DNA from: the human T2T-CHM13v2.0 reference genome, Homo sapiens
NCBI RefSeq assembly: GCF_009914755.1
Contig: NC_060926.1
DNA length: 64,000 bases
Direction: 5' to 3' (one strand)
The notes under the pieces were generated by a model that worked only from the letters and a program-made list of their open reading frames with translations, made no database searches and was not told the origin of the DNA. The translations under genes were made by a program, and so were the position numbers. Shown in pieces: positions 25,966 through 52,958 of the stretch (position 1 is its first letter; each line of letters starts with the position of its first letter).

Positions 25966-26407
25966 TGTGGACGCCCTGATAAACAATCCAAATCCCCCTC
26001 AAGACAGGCTCTGCCCCAGCTGCTGGGAGGATTGCTGGCTCACAGCCCTCCTCAGGAATTGCCCCCAAGTGAAGACAGCTTCCCCACCCAATGTCCCACC
26101 ACCCCTCTGGGGACAGTGTGTACCCAGTGACTGGCTGAAGCTGGGGTACAAAGGTCTGGCCCCTCAGCTCAGTGGGGGCTGGGGGCATCTGAAGCTGGGA
26201 CGGCCATGAGACTTTTCTAATGCTTCAACACCTTCCATGGGTTCAGCTGAGGGGTGTGTCGAGACTGCCTTGCAGCCCAGCTTCTCCCTGTGAGCAAGTC
26301 TGCTTCCTTCCCTTCTGTAGGTGCTGAACCTGAGAGCAGCCCCAGTACACTCCCTGCATGGGAATCTCCATCTCAAAGTCAGCCTCCAGGGAGCCCGCCC
26401 TGAAACA
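25966..26407 (+). mobile_element. LTR16-family LTR, probably the 3' LTR of the preceding ERVL element
   Basis: Starts TGTGG; ends ...atctcaaagtcagcctccagggagcccgccctgaaaca. Confidence 0.6.
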
Positions 26408-26795
26408 GATTCTGTCATGGAACTCAACAGAGTATCCTGGTGCGGATAACCAGTGTTGGGAGTTAGAGCACGGACTCTCTCCACCTGCACGGTGCTGGAG
26501 CTCTGCACACCCCCTCTGCAGCCATCCCTCGCCGCTGTCCCTTAGCTGACGCCCTTGCCCTCTGTGTGTCCTTCCTCATGGCCTGCAGGTTTCAGATCCC
26601 AAGCTACAGATCATGTCTTCTAGTCTGGGCTCTGGCAGAGAGTTCGGAAGCACTCTTATTATCTTAGCAGCAGCATGTGTGGAAATCATTTCTCATTACA
26701 GCGGAGGGCAGGCATTGTGCAGAGGGTTAAGTGGGCCTGCTTGAAGTTGGTTGTTGTTAGCTCTCATGTCTATGCCTTGGTCCCTTTCCCCTCAG

Positions 26796-29230
<2,435 letters not shown>

Positions 29231-29518
29231 ATTTGAGTTGAGTTTTTAGTTTTTGCAACTAAAACAGCACTGACTAATACACCCTTAGGTAAGATTAGAG
29301 CAAGAATTTCCAATATCTGTGTTCTTCATCCTGAAATTTGGTGAGGATATCTAAGGTTCTTTTGTCTTTTAAAAGAATTCTGTTGCAATGGAAAGTATCA
29401 ATCCATATTTTTCCATTTCTCCAAAATGTTTTAGTGTATATCTATGGGGCACAAACTTAATCTCTGTAGGCCCTCTGCCATAGTTGCTCTGTGCCACTTG
29501 ATAAGGGGCTGGTATCTA

Positions 29519-32683
<3,165 letters not shown>

Positions 32684-34028
32684 GCATCATTCCAAGATCA
32701 GCAGAAATGTTAGTGCTTCTGGGGAATTACTGCAAAGGGTACCTGAATAGCAGCACATGCTCTCAGTACCCCCGCCTTCTGTTGTCTGCTGTTGCCTGCT
32801 CCCTCCCCACCCTTTGGGTTGATTTCAGGATAGAGATATGGGGATGGGACTGGGGTTGGGTGTGCGGTTACCCAGAACAGCCAGGATGTGTGCACGCTGT
32901 GACCCAGGAGCATCAAGCACTGCTCAAGCTGCTTGGAAAAGAAAACAAAAGTCAGGAAAGTGAGGAGCTGGGAGGGTGCTGGAAAGGAGCAGGAAGAAAC
33001 GGGCAAGGGTAGGAGAGAAGCAGAAAAAACAATCCCTGAGACAGAGCTGGTGTAACCAAGGCTCTGTTTCCCCCACGGTTTGAGAGTGGGTGAGCCTGAC
33101 TTCAAGGCCCAGCTCTGTTCAAAGATAGGACACTGATTTTCTTCAAGAAGGCAGAGCTGGTGAGTGGCCTCATGTCTTACCATCATGGAAAGGCGAGGGC
33201 TGGGGGAGAGAGAAGGGGCAGCCAAGGCCTCAGAGTGGTGTAGGCCTCACCCTTGTGCTCACATGTCCCAACCACTGCCAGCGGTGCCACCTCTGAATCC
33301 CAGACCCCACATGTAACCATCCTCTACCTGGACCACAGGAGGAAGCTCCACGTTCTTTGCCAGGGTTCAGGGTAAGGGGCATGATCTAAGTTGGGCAAAA
33401 GAGAGTCATCCTGTTACCTTAAAAAGGAGTCTAGGGTGAGCCCCAGTCTGCTGGTGGCCATCTTCACCACCTTTGGGGAGAGATGGCCTGAGCAGACACA
33501 CAAAGCAAAGAGGTGGAGAGAAACTGTGTCTTTGTGTCATTGTTTGAGTCCCTGGACCCAGCCCAGTCCCCCCGACTACGCTGAACTTTTCAATTGTGGA
33601 AAACAATAAATTCCATTTAGTTAAGAAATTTTCAGTTCTGGGTCTTGCAGCTGTGAGCATTCTGACAACCTTGATGTTCCAGGCCCTCCTGGGCTAGGTC
33701 CATGAGCTAATTGCTTGCCCTGCACCTCCAGTGGGAAGGAGCTGCTCACATCAACTCAGTGTTCCCCAAAGCCACGCCCTTCCTTTCCTGCTTTCACACC
33801 ACTGCCTACACCATGCTCTCATGAAGGCCTGCCCCTTCTCCAAGGCCCAGATCAAGTCTCTTCTTTAGGAAGTGTTCCTTGGCTATCACGTTTCGGTGTC
33901 ATCAGGTTTCCTCTTTCCTGGTGGCTGGATTGGAAGGCCTTAGAGGGCAAGGATCATATGTGTTAGAATTTCTGCATCCTCCACAAGGCACTTGTGTTCA
34001 GTGTATTTGCTGAATGAATGTCACATTA

Positions 34029-35211
<1,183 letters not shown>

Positions 35212-35601
35212 CTAGACATATACTGAGAGACCCCCAAGAGGGAAGTGAAGCCATGGGGGCATCTGGGGCTACATGGTCTATCTCGCTACACAAGGAGGCC
35301 CTTTACAAGGCTAGCTGCCATTTTCTACCAAGACAGAAGGACAGGAACCTTCCAAACAGGGCAGCCTGCAGGCCCTGCACCTTCAGGCCCCATTCTCAGA
35401 CACCTGTACAACCCCTTAAGCCAGACGGACTCACAGCTGTCTCTGGAAAGTTCTTCGTTACCTGACTCTTTAGACACAGGGTTGGCTGGAGGGGCCTCTC
35501 CCTCATCTTGTACATCTTATGAAGCCCCTTACCACCCACTGTGTTGCTGTCCCACTCAGCTGAAGGGGCTGGCCAGTCCCGCATAAACCCTCCAGCTCTG
35601 A

Positions 35602-36003
<402 letters not shown>

Positions 36004-37836
36004 AGAACTGATCTTAATTCTCAAACCAGTAACCCTAATGAAGCGTCTTCGTTTCAGGTGGGCTCATTCAAAACGACATTTTCAGGCTTGGTGCAGTGGC
36101 TCAAGCCTGTAATCCCAACCCTTTGGGAAGGGAGGCAGAAGGATTGCCTGAAGCCAGTAGTTTGAGACCAGCCTGGGCAACATGGTGAGACTGTCTCTAC
36201 CCACCCCCACAAAAAAAACATTTTCTCTTCTCCACAAACCTCCTGCCTCCCATTAAAATGTCACTCCCCCCAAAAAATGCAGAGGAAGAGGTAAGATTGC
36301 AGGCTATTTGAAAACAGGGGCATGAAGTTTGTCAGTTCCCTTCTGTCTCCCCATAGCATCTGTGTTCCATTAGTGTAGTGGCTGAGAGCGTGGATATTTC
36401 AGGCAAGATGCCAGCTGAAGATTCTCTAGTCATCTTGGGAAAGCCGCCCTGCCCCAGATGCACCACCTCTTCCTGTGTCCCAGGGTCCTCTCCTTGCGGC
36501 CCTTCACATCCCATGGCTTCTCGTGTGCGGGCCCCTCTTCGCCTGTGCAGTTGATGCCACCTTCCAGCTGCCACGTGACAGGTGGGCAGAGACTGGGGCT
36601 CCCGCATTCCCAACTCCAGCACCTGGCTGAGACACTGGGCCCTGGGATTGACTGTGACCGCCCTCTTCCCCTTTGGCAGGTCCTGTCTCCCACTTTCAAC
36701 ACCCTCACTTAAGGCCAGGCAGAACCCTTCCTACTGTCACCAGTCATTAAAATAAGGTTGCATCCCTCCCTTCCCTTCTGAAAATCCTTCCTGGGCTCCT
36801 TCTGCTGTTAGTGCCTTAAATGAGCACCCCTCACCTTTCTAACCTCGGCTCTTACCACCTCCTGGCCACCAGTGTGCTTTTGCTCTTGCCATTCTCTCAG
36901 CAGGAGTGTCCCTATCCCAGTTCACTCCCACATCAAGTGTGGCTCAAGCTGCGTCCTCCAGGAAGCCTTTCATTATCACTCAGGTCAGAACTGGCTCCCT
37001 TCTGGGCACAGGACTTTTCCGAGCCGGCCGCCCACTTCACTCTGCCTTTCTGTGGACAAGTCCATCTCCTGAACTAAGGACATAAAATCCTTGCAGACAG
37101 GGTCCTGTCCGTCACTGTATATTTCATGGTGCCTAATGGTGCTTTGTCTGAATGGACATGAAATGAGAACACACTCCCAGCTTCCAAGAAAGATGTGTAT
37201 TCTCCCTAACAACAACAAAAGAGACCTAAATGGGCTGCTCCCTGAAGAGAGCCCTCAGCTCTTTTACCGTGATGCACACTCGGGGCTGGGTGTAGGCTGT
37301 GTGATCAAATGTATGAAGGAAGAAGGAACGGAGAGAACGTGGGCAATCAAGGCCTGGCACTGCCCTACAGGAGGCTTACAGGTCACACTCCCAGAACTGT
37401 CTCTATCCCCATGCCTCTCCTAGTAAGATTCATTACCTATGGTTTCAAAGAAAGTGCAGTTTCTAGGGAGTGAAGGAACACGTGAAATACAGAAAATAAA
37501 GACAGAAAAACACACAAATTATTAAATAAAATTTAAACAATAGAGGGAAAAAAAGTGTAGTTTGTTCTGCAAGCCACAGCCCAAAGAAGTCTATTTCCTC
37601 CCACAGGATGGCTAGAGTTTAGGAGCCACGTTCTCCTCTATAGCTCACCAGAGGATGCAGCCTGAAGAGCTCAGGGTTTGAAGGTTGGGCCTTGGGCGGG
37701 AGTCAGCTACTATTTCTAGCTGTTCTAGAAAGACCTAGAAACTTCCTGTGTGAAAACAGGATTAGGAAGCTCTGGGGGTGAAAATGCCATGCACGGAGCT
37801 GGCCCATGCCAAGTCCCTTCTAACTATTTTAAATTA

Positions 37837-38457
<621 letters not shown>

Positions 38458-40415
38458 TTACAGGTCCTCAGGAGATGACCAGTCCCTTTGGCATGCAGGT
38501 CCAGTGCCTGGTCTTCTGGTCTGCCTGCTCAGACACCCAAGGGCAGAGAGAGCTGGCCACAAGTAAACCTGCCAATGACAAACTCAGGACTTAACAGAAA
38601 GACTTAGTTCAGTTCCTTGGCTTTGTGCTCAGGCATCACATAGCAGGCAGCCTGCAGCCTTTCTTGCCTGAGAGAAGAGTCCAGAAGAGCAGGAGAGTCA
38701 CCTTTGAACACACTCTGGCATCACAGCAGTGAACTGCAAGCAGCCACTGGCTCGTGTGCAGATGTGGCCCTCACCACCCATGCAGGCATCTGTCCGGACA
38801 TCCCCAGTCAATCTGGCCAAAGGATGGGACATGACAGTCCCTTTCTAGCCACAGCTTCATAGTGTTGTCCATTCTCCAGTCTTGCTCAAACTATCTATCA
38901 CCTTAAAGGTTGGAAGAGATTGGAATCCATTTCCTTTTCAGCTCAGCAGGGGACACTGATTCCCAAGAAGCAAGTAACTTAACAAGGACAGGTTGGCCAT
39001 CTGGATCTACACTGAAGGTCTTTCAAGTTTCATCCACTTTATGCCCAGATCTCAGGGCAGAAAATTCAGCCAGACCCAGAGCAAACAAGGTGACCAGAGT
39101 GATGGCTGAGCAAGAAAGTCCCAGCAGCACACTGCAAGACCAGAGTACATTCAAGAGGGGAGAGGGCACGTGGCAAGCTGGAGTCCCGAGTCAGAGTCTA
39201 GGGCAGCACTGGGTCTGAAGGACACAGCCCGGCCTGCTGGGCTGACAGTGTGGGTCTGATGCCTCACATGATGTGGCCCCACTGGTTGTATTCCTATGTG
39301 GAGGGTGGTGGGTTCCTGCCCTGTTGTGGCCCCTGTTCCTAAACTGAGGCCAGGTTCCATCTCAGTGCTGCAGTCCTGAGGAGCACCACGCTGGCCCGCC
39401 AGCCAGGCCACAGTCCTCAGCCCCTCTGGGTTCCACGAGAAGGCCCCAGGGAGTCACCGTCACTGAGAGGGAAGGGGCCAGGGAAGGGAGGCTGCATTCT
39501 ACTGGGAGAGACTCGGGGAGGGACTACCATGGGCTTGGAAGGAGCTACAGCCCCAAATATTGCAGAGCCAAAAGGAATGGGATACATGTCTAAAAAGTGA
39601 CAACAGTCTTGTCCCTATTTTAAAAACAGAATATTGTTGCTGTTGCCTGGTTTCATTTTTTTCCTTTTAAAACCACTCATATTTAAAAGGTGAAGGGCTG
39701 GGAGATGTAGTCCCCTTCACTCTGGTCCTTGATAGGCACCAGGGGGCCTCAGTCTCACGCTGGCTCCTGCTCTCCTTGCCTGGGCTCCAGCCACATGAAG
39801 CAAGGGCAGAGAGGGTTGCAACTGCTCTGCCTTCCCAACAGCGATTCCCTCTCCCCATAAAACCAGGGCACACGTGAGGAGAAGTCCAAAGAGTAAAGTG
39901 CACAGAACTCCCCGGAGCAGGTGGCCTGGGGGCGGGTCACTCCGAGAAGGAAGGGGTCTGGGGGGCGTCAGCCCAGAGCTACAGCTGTGGAGCAAACACT
40001 GATCCCTGTGAAGTGAGCCTCCAGGGCACAGTCCCCTTTCCCTTGGGCCCTTTGACACTTGTTTTTGGGACTGTCCGCTCTCAGCAGCTCTCCAAGGAAA
40101 GTCTCGGTCCCAAAGATATCGCCCATGCTGGAGGAAACTTGGATGACCTTCCCTGGCTGGTAATGACTCGTGAATGTGAAGGGGGCAGGATGTGGCAGGA
40201 GGGAAAGAGTACATTATAGAAAACCAGTGGACCTCCGGTTCTGAGAGCAGGGATACTTGGATGACCCTAAAGGCAGAGTCTCTCCTGGGGAAGGTTTGGA
40301 GAAGATGGTCAGGATCCTACCAGTGAGGCCTGCTGGGGAAAGGAGCTCCTCTGGGTGCGAGAGGAGCTGCAGAGTTGAGGGAGGGGCTGCCGAGGAAGAG
40401 AGCCCAGGGCTGGCA

Positions 40416-40723
40416 TTAGGGTGTGTAAGCAGGGGGTGGCTGGAACTGGTTGATGACCTCATATTCCGCCGGGTAGGGCTCGTTCTCTTCCATCTCTGAG
40501 AGCAGCTCCAGCGCCTGCTCCTCTTCCTCTGTGGGGTAGTGGCGCAGGAGGTTGGCTGCCGTGGCCAGGATTGAGGCTCCACCAGCTCCTGCCACCAGGT
40601 AGAAGCTAACGGCGAAGGTGACATAGACCTGGGATCCATGGTACTTCTTATGCTGCTGCTGCTGGGCCAAGATGAGTTCAGAAGCCCAATAAGAAAAGCC
40701 AATGACGGTGGCACACTGCAGAA
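40416..40723 (-). CDS. TMEM127: Transmembrane protein 127, last coding exon (308 nt)
   Basis: Acceptor ctcctag|TT; [18 protein letters not shown]...[11 protein letters not shown]; 244+165+308=717 nt. Confidence 0.98.
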
Positions 40724-41432
40724 CTAGGAGACAGAGGGACAGCACAGAAGGGGAATTAGTGAGCACTCCACAGCTAGGATGCTTGAGGACCCAATCACAG
40801 CCTCTCTACCCAAACCCCATTCTCAGAGAACCTGCCTGGCCCCAGACTCTGCAAGGAGGAGCTCTCTTGACCATGGGATTCCTGGCCTGAGGTTGGGGAC
40901 AGCAGTCTGACCTGATCTAGGCCAGTCAGATTCCATCTGTCTTAAGGAGCAAATAGGGTCATGCAGCTTGGGAGCTGGAGTAGGCACACCACAATTCAAA
41001 CCAGCACAGCAGTGCAGGCACGAGGGAGGACAGCAGCTACATACAAGAAAAGGCGGGTCTGTAGGGAAGCAGGAAGGTGGAGAGGAGAGAATCTGACCAG
41101 GAGCTCCAGGGGAGACACGGGAGACTGCCTGGTTCCTTCTTCACTCATGTCAGGTCTGAGCTTCAAATGCCATTTTAGAGAGCTGTGAGCTTCCTTGTGG
41201 AATTTCTAGCAACATTTCCCCTCTACAGCTGGGCTGAGTGGGTTTGTGATCCTGGCAAGTTAGCAGCTAGACTGGAGCAGGCTGCTGACACCCTGACACT
41301 CTGGGAAAGACTGGAGCTTGGCACATGAGCTCCTGGAAGGGTGCCTGCTCAGAGAAACCAGAGCCCCCACCGGCAACTCAGACAGGATGCCCCCACCCTG
41401 TAGCAGTTCCTCTCCCACTGTGAGCAGGCTCA

Positions 41433-41627
<195 letters not shown>

Positions 41628-42069
41628 TCACGGCCCCAAGTAACACTTGGTGCAGGAAGTCCCCACCTAGAAGGAGTTTGATTCCCCTCCACCACAGTCC
41701 TGGGAGCCAGGGCAGTTCTGGAGGACGCTGTCTTAGCCCCTGCTCCTGGGTGGTCTGCAGGGTAGCTGGAGCAAATTCCACATTAGCAGAGGCCACTGCT
41801 CTCCTGTACCTCAAGTCCTTCTCTTTCCAACAGGACTAGCCTAAGTGCAGGATTCTACTTCACTGTGTATGCCATGCCCTTCTAACCATTTTTAAAGACA
41901 CTGACAGTTAACCTGACATGTTAATGCATTCTGCTAAAGGATATTTTGAGCTGGCAGGAAAAGCCTGACTTTGGAGCTGAGACAGCCAGAGAGGCTAAGA
42001 CCATACAGGTCAATTAATGCTGATTCTCCATTTACTCACTCATTCATTCCCTTTTTGTTCCAAAAAGAA

Positions 42070-43250
<1,181 letters not shown>

Positions 43251-43788
43251 AGTAAAATAAAGAAAAGAGGAAGAAGGAAGTTGCGGCAGTTTAGAGAAAT
43301 GTGCAGCTACAAGAAAGTATTACATAGATTAGGAAAGTTGGTAGACTATATCACATTTAGTTTAGCTCCCTCCCTGAACTCTACGAGAACAAAAGAATTC
43401 TTTTAAAAGGCAACCCACACAAAAAGAAAGGGAGGTATAAAACAAGGTTCCAAAAACTGGAAAGTAAAGGGAAATAGACCTACCTAAAAGGGACTCAGCA
43501 GACTCGGCAGAGCTGGGGACAAGCCATCAACAGGAAAAGCTAGGAAGCCACCACATTTATACCACAAAAGCCCCAGAAGCCTTGGACAGTGCCAACGTGC
43601 ACACGTCAAGGGCATAAATGAAGGAAAAGGAAGAGGCTGAAAGAAAAGACACAGCACTCAAGGGGTTCCTGGGGGTCATGGTGCAGGGAGAGCCCATGAC
43701 AACAACCACGCAGCAGACACACAGCAACTTGTATTTCCCTCCAGTACTTTAGCCATTCTTTAAAAAAACATTTCAACTAGACGACACT

Positions 43789-44530
<742 letters not shown>

Positions 44531-44719
44531 GTAGGAAATGGGCCTTAACTTCCTCTCCTTCTTCTGTTACAGCCACTGGCAAGTTCTTCTTTTATTTAGG
44601 CCATGGGTCACCAAGTGATTTAGGAAAATTTGGAAAGGGCTGGCAAGACTCAGGCTATATAGCGTCCTTTCCTGAACTTGATCTCAGGCTGAGAGGGTGT
44701 GGGGTGTGATCATCAATCT

Positions 44720-44885
44720 CTAGGGCATACCCAAATCACTGTGGCACTGGCTGAAAGCGTGTTCCCAGGTCCCCAGAGAGTCCGAGTTCTAGGTCTGGAG
44801 CAGGGCCTAGGAATCTGGATTTTAACAAGCAGCCCAGGTAATCCCCATGCAGGTGATCCAAGCCCCACACTTCAAGAAACACTGG
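44720..44885. mobile_element. MER5A-like hAT element
   Basis: ggcctaggaatctggattttaacaagcagcccaggtaat...cacacttcaagaaacactg. Confidence 0.6.
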
Positions 44886-47884
44886 TTCCAGACCTCAGAG
44901 GAAGGTGGACTGATGGGGGAAAGTCCAGGAACCTGGGGAGGGGACCTAAACCCAGCAAAGCTGACTCAGCCCAACAGATGCCAGCATCACAGGTTCTGGG
45001 TAGAGAGAAGCCCTGAGCCTCTAGGATTGAGCACGCATACCCTGCCTCAGGCTCAGAGTTCGCCCAGCAGAGGCTGGCTGGGCCCAGACAAGGCTCATAC
45101 ACCTCTGTCTGGCTTTGGGTCACCCACGAAGCAGCCCTCAGAACTATCTGTCATGATCTCTTGTCTGCTGACCATCTGTTTTGGGCCCAAGCATCCAGCC
45201 TGGGTAACTGTCTACTGCCAGAAAGCCTGCCTGTGTGTGAACCCTGCCAGCAACTGGGACCAGCCTTCATTGAACCCAGCCCTGCAGAGCCATAGTGCAT
45301 GGGGCCTCACTGAAAGAAAAGCTCTAGGAGACAGGGGCTATCTCCTGGCTGTATTTTAAATCTTATTAAAAGCTAAGAGAGTTCTTCTTGGGGTCCACGT
45401 GGCATGTGGCAGGGATGGGGCAGTGTTCTTATAGTGCTTCCAAGAATAACCTACCAGAGGTCACATGCCGCTCTGCAGTAGGCCGTGTCAGATTCCACTC
45501 ACATTACTGATGAGGCCAGGCAGTTGGAGTAAGAAAAGTAATATGTGCAGGCTTCAAGGAGCCTGTATTGTTTCTTTGGCTGGATGGTGAGCACAAGGAT
45601 GTTCATTTGATTATCCTTAAAAATGTACATCCATGACATATACTCCTATTGTCTTATGTTTCATTATACATGAATTTTACTAGTAAGGAGACATGCACAT
45701 GATAAAAAGCTTCCAAGAGGACATCCCTCCCCTTGCGGATGTCCACCTGCTCCTCTCCAAAGGCAAATATTGTTGGAGGGGCCTTGTATACCCCTCCTGG
45801 AACAGCCTGTGCACACAGATGGGTGAAGTGCCCCCCTGGGGGATTTACCACACAGCTCAGATGAGGAGTCGGGGGCTCCAGAAGGTGAAGTGGCTTCCTC
45901 CAGGCCACACGCTGCAGAGCTAGATTCCAAACCATGATCAGGCTCCCCTACACTGTGCTGCTCGGAATCACTAAGTACCAGACTCGGCCACTGTATTTTT
46001 CCCTGGAGATAATCAATCAATTCCTAAAGAGTTGTGCGTGAATGAGGGGTCAGAAGCTAACAGGAATACTGTTGGAGCCATCCTCAGAGCCAGCTGCTAA
46101 GCTCACTAGAGGAACAGCTTGAAGCAATGAAATCTCTCTAAGAAGCAAAAAAGGTTTGGGTCATTAAGTCCTCACATGGGGAATTATTGGGCAAAACCTG
46201 CCAGGCATGGTGTCTAAGCTCCTGCAGCATTGCAACCATCAGAGCCTGCTCTAGGAAGTGGTCAGGACACCGGAAAGGCTTGGGACCTGGCGCCGAATCC
46301 TAGCTCTAGCAGAGACTGTGTTACTTTGAGCAAGTCCCTTGAGTGCGCTGGACCTCTGTTCTCTCATCTATCAAATGAAAACAATAACATCTGCCCCACC
46401 CACCACCAGGGCATGCTGGGTCAGCTGACACCGTGCCCATGAAAGAGCAGCCACCTGTGCTGTTATTAACCAGAGGCTGTTTCAGCTGGGCCAGTGTGTC
46501 ACCTCAGCATGCCTTTCCTTCTTCTACCAAGACTTCCTTGACCACACGTCAGCCCGTGTGGACCAAGGCCTACTAAAGCCAGACTAAGGGCCTACCCTAC
46601 AAGTATGACAATATGATAGAGAGAAGAGACTTTTGACCTAAAACTCCAATAGGTTTTGTTTCAATATAACTGCCTTTCCCCACTCCAAAGCTGTGAGTAA
46701 ACCCTCAGGGTTAGTGAGAAAACCAAATATGAAATTCCCTTTGGGTAACGTTAACAGATACCCCAGGGGCCTGCCCCATGTAACAGGTGGGTTTTCCTCA
46801 GAGGGTCTCAGAGCACACCGGAAGAACAGGCAGTTATCCTAGACAGGCTTGGAGCCCAGCTCAGAGACTCTTCTGGAGTCAGTATCTCAATGTCTTTCTC
46901 TCCTCCCTTCCTAGACGTCGGTACAGCAGGGAAGGCAACAAGCACCTGCTCCCATGAGGGGATTGCTAAAGAAAACCCCTGAAGGTTATGTATGTAGGAT
47001 TTTATTCGAGAGAGAAATGGCATGCAACGCAGGACCCTAACTTGAAATTCAAGCCAGTGGTGCAGTCCACGATGCCCTGGCTAGACACAGAACACCTCCT
47101 ACCTTCCAGCTGTGCTCTGGCCTGTTGATTTTGGTAAACACTGCTTGGCGGTGCCCTCTAGTCATCAGGGAAGTAGGCAGCTGTAATAGGATCCCATGGA
47201 ACTGACTTTGCTCAAGGTCACTGGTGAGTCACCAGGCTAGATTTGTTTTGAAGGTCCTGCCTCTTCCTGTCTATCTGCCCATTGCTCTAACCACTCCTGA
47301 CCCAAACAGTCTGCAGGCAGAAAGGCTTAAAAGGACTTCTGTCCCACCCCGCCTCCCTTCTTGCTGGAGTCCCTCTGAATTAGAGACACTTCCCCAATGC
47401 CCCAATCCCTCTTTATGCATCTGTGCAACCTGCTCAGCGTCTCCTCACTGTGACCTTTTTAGCTTCCAGACAGGCCTGCGACACAGGCCTCTTAACAGAG
47501 CCCTCTAGTGCCCAGCCAGGTTATCCCACAGACACCAACAGGCCCCGCAGGGCCTGGCAGTGTCAGCTGCCCCAGTCACCACCTATCAGGCACACAGGCT
47601 CTCCCTGGAAGGCCCTTGATCTTCCAGTGGCTGCTGTCAATTGTGATTCACCTGACTTCTACTCCCCAACTTCCTCATTCTCCAAAGATGCTTCCTGGGG
47701 CTGTTGCCAGTGCCCTTTGGTGGCCACACTTGAGAGGCAGAAAGGCTCAGAAGAAATGACTATCTGCGGCCCCTCTTTCTGGGGTCTAGAGGTGTGAGTC
47801 TATCTCCACCCAGGGCCAGGTTGAGAGCTGTGTGAGAAGCAGGCACCGCTTGCAGGGGCAGTGGAGAAAACCCAGGATGAGGTC

Positions 47885-50187
<2,303 letters not shown>

Positions 50188-51653
50188 TGAAATAATTATG
50201 AGATTGCTCCTTATGACAGCTGAAGTAAAACAAAGGATAAAAACTATAAATGACACGGCATCATTTTATATTGGCATCAACAGAGGTGGGGTAGTCCCAG
50301 CTCTGCCACCCTAAACTGGGTAGCCTTGGGGAGATCCTTCATTTTTCTGAGCCACAGCTAAGCACACCCCATGCAGTGCTAGATTTCGGAGATCTAGCTT
50401 TCTAGATCTGATGGGTCTAGTGGTGGGAAGGTGGTATGTGTGCTTCAAAGAAAGCAAGTACAGGGCAATGTGCTAAAAGAAAAACCACCAAGACTCACTC
50501 AAGCTTAATGCTCTTTGTGCCATTAGCAACATGACAGAGAAAAGGCTGCATATAAGGCCTCTGTCGTGTGCATAACTTTGGCTTTAATGAGCCAACCCAG
50601 CAAAGAGTACCATTAAGGTGAAATCTGGAAACAACCAGTTGTCCCCAACCTTCTACAAAATCACCCTACAGCTTCTAAAACTCAAGAGAGATGCAAAACA
50701 GTAAGAGAACACTCAGAGAAAGGCAACATTTGGCCACAAGGATGAGGCTTTTCAGCCTAGACCTGCAGAAGCAGAGTATGGTCCGATGCACAGCGGGGAA
50801 CTTGGACCTTTTCACCAAATCCCAGTGCCTGAATTCTTCAGGAGGTAACACGCAGATATCTAACAGGAAGTGCTTCTGATAGGCGGTGCAGTAAACATCT
50901 GGAATGCATCACAGCCAGGGAATAGCACAGACAGGATAGCACAGAGAGGATATAAGACCTTCAAGATGGCTCAAAAGACCTTGGGGTTGATGAACTATGC
51001 TGTTACTAAGGACTGTTTGGGGTACATTGATCATTGTTAGGGTAAAAAGCAGGTGATACAGTCCAGTCCTGTCCTCACACTTCACAATTTTTACTGGAGA
51101 CAAGAATGGGCAGGATAAACTATGGGGCCCATAGGACCCTCCCATCGTCTGCTGTCTATCTGGCCGGAAAGCATGATGATGAACAAAGCAACCTTGCCTC
51201 TGTCAGGCACACCTATAATGGTTCCAAGAGCCACATTCCGACTGTTGTACTGCGGGTGGCAATGGAACGGTCTTCCGATTACCTAAAATGCCACAGATTC
51301 CCTTCTTCTCTAATACGCATCCGATTACCATAGAACTCTAAGATATCTTTTAAAACCTAGTCATATTAAAAGTTCCTTTTTCTCCATTAATCAGTCTGCC
51401 CCAAAGAAGCTTTTCCGTATTTCACAGGATCCTTAGAAGAGGCCAGCTAACTGTGATACCTAGCACCCTTATCTTTTCTCGATACACAGCGTCCTTCCTC
51501 CAGCAGAATCCTAAAATAGCAGCAGTCCGGATTAACATGGCTGTGAGGAGTAGGTGCTTAGCTGAATAACATCAGAATTAATGAGGGGCCGGACCCCAAA
51601 CAGAGCCACCTGGTGGGCATGAACACCAGGCAGTTATGGGGCCGTTTCCTTCA

Positions 51654-52334
<681 letters not shown>

Positions 52335-52476
52335 TCAGGGTCTCAGCCAGAGGATGCCGAGGGGCGGAGGACCGGGCTGGGCCGCGGGGATCGGGGACCC
52401 GTGATCTGGGACCGGCGGTTTGGGGTGCGACCTGTGCGCAGAAAAGACCCTCCCCACGCCGCCCACTGTTCCTCAC

Positions 52477-52605
52477 CAGTCAGCAGGCCCCAGGGCTGGG
52501 ATGGTGCTGCTCAGCCCAGTCACGGGCTTCTCGGCTGCCGGGGGCCGAGCGTTCCCAGGCCCCAATCCCGCAACGCCCGGACAGACCCGGGGCCGATGCA
52601 CTTCC
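52477..52605 (-). other. TMEM127: TMEM127 non-coding first exon (start site approximate)
   Basis: Donor CTG|gtgagg at 52477/52476; candidate acceptors give exon starts at 52120 or 52097. Confidence 0.7.
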
Positions 52606-52958
52606 GGCTTCCTCCTCCTCTGCCTCCGCCTCCTCCGGCTCCCCGCCCCGTCCCCCGCGCGCGTCACAGCCTGGGCGCGCCGCCGGCTCTGCGCAGGGCC
52701 TCACGGGACTGGTAGTTCGAGGCGGTCCCGCGATGCTTTCCCTGCCGAGGTGAGGGGAGCGACTACAACTCCCAGAGGGTATGGCGGCCGCAGCAGTGGG
52801 CAGTTGAGTTTCCGGGGCGACCCAGGTCCTCCGGCGGAAGCGGGAGCCTCTGTCGGCCGCGGAAGCCTGGAGTGGGCGGTACGCAGACGCGCGCGGTGAG
52901 ACCCGCTGTCTGCTCAGCGGACTCTGCCCGCCCCCACCTCCCCCTGCGTCGGGCCGAC

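Noticed and set aside
52786-52810. CAGTGG as an iron-responsive-element loop near CIAO1
   Set aside because: Flanks do not form the 5-bp upper stem, and the site is probably upstream of the transcription start
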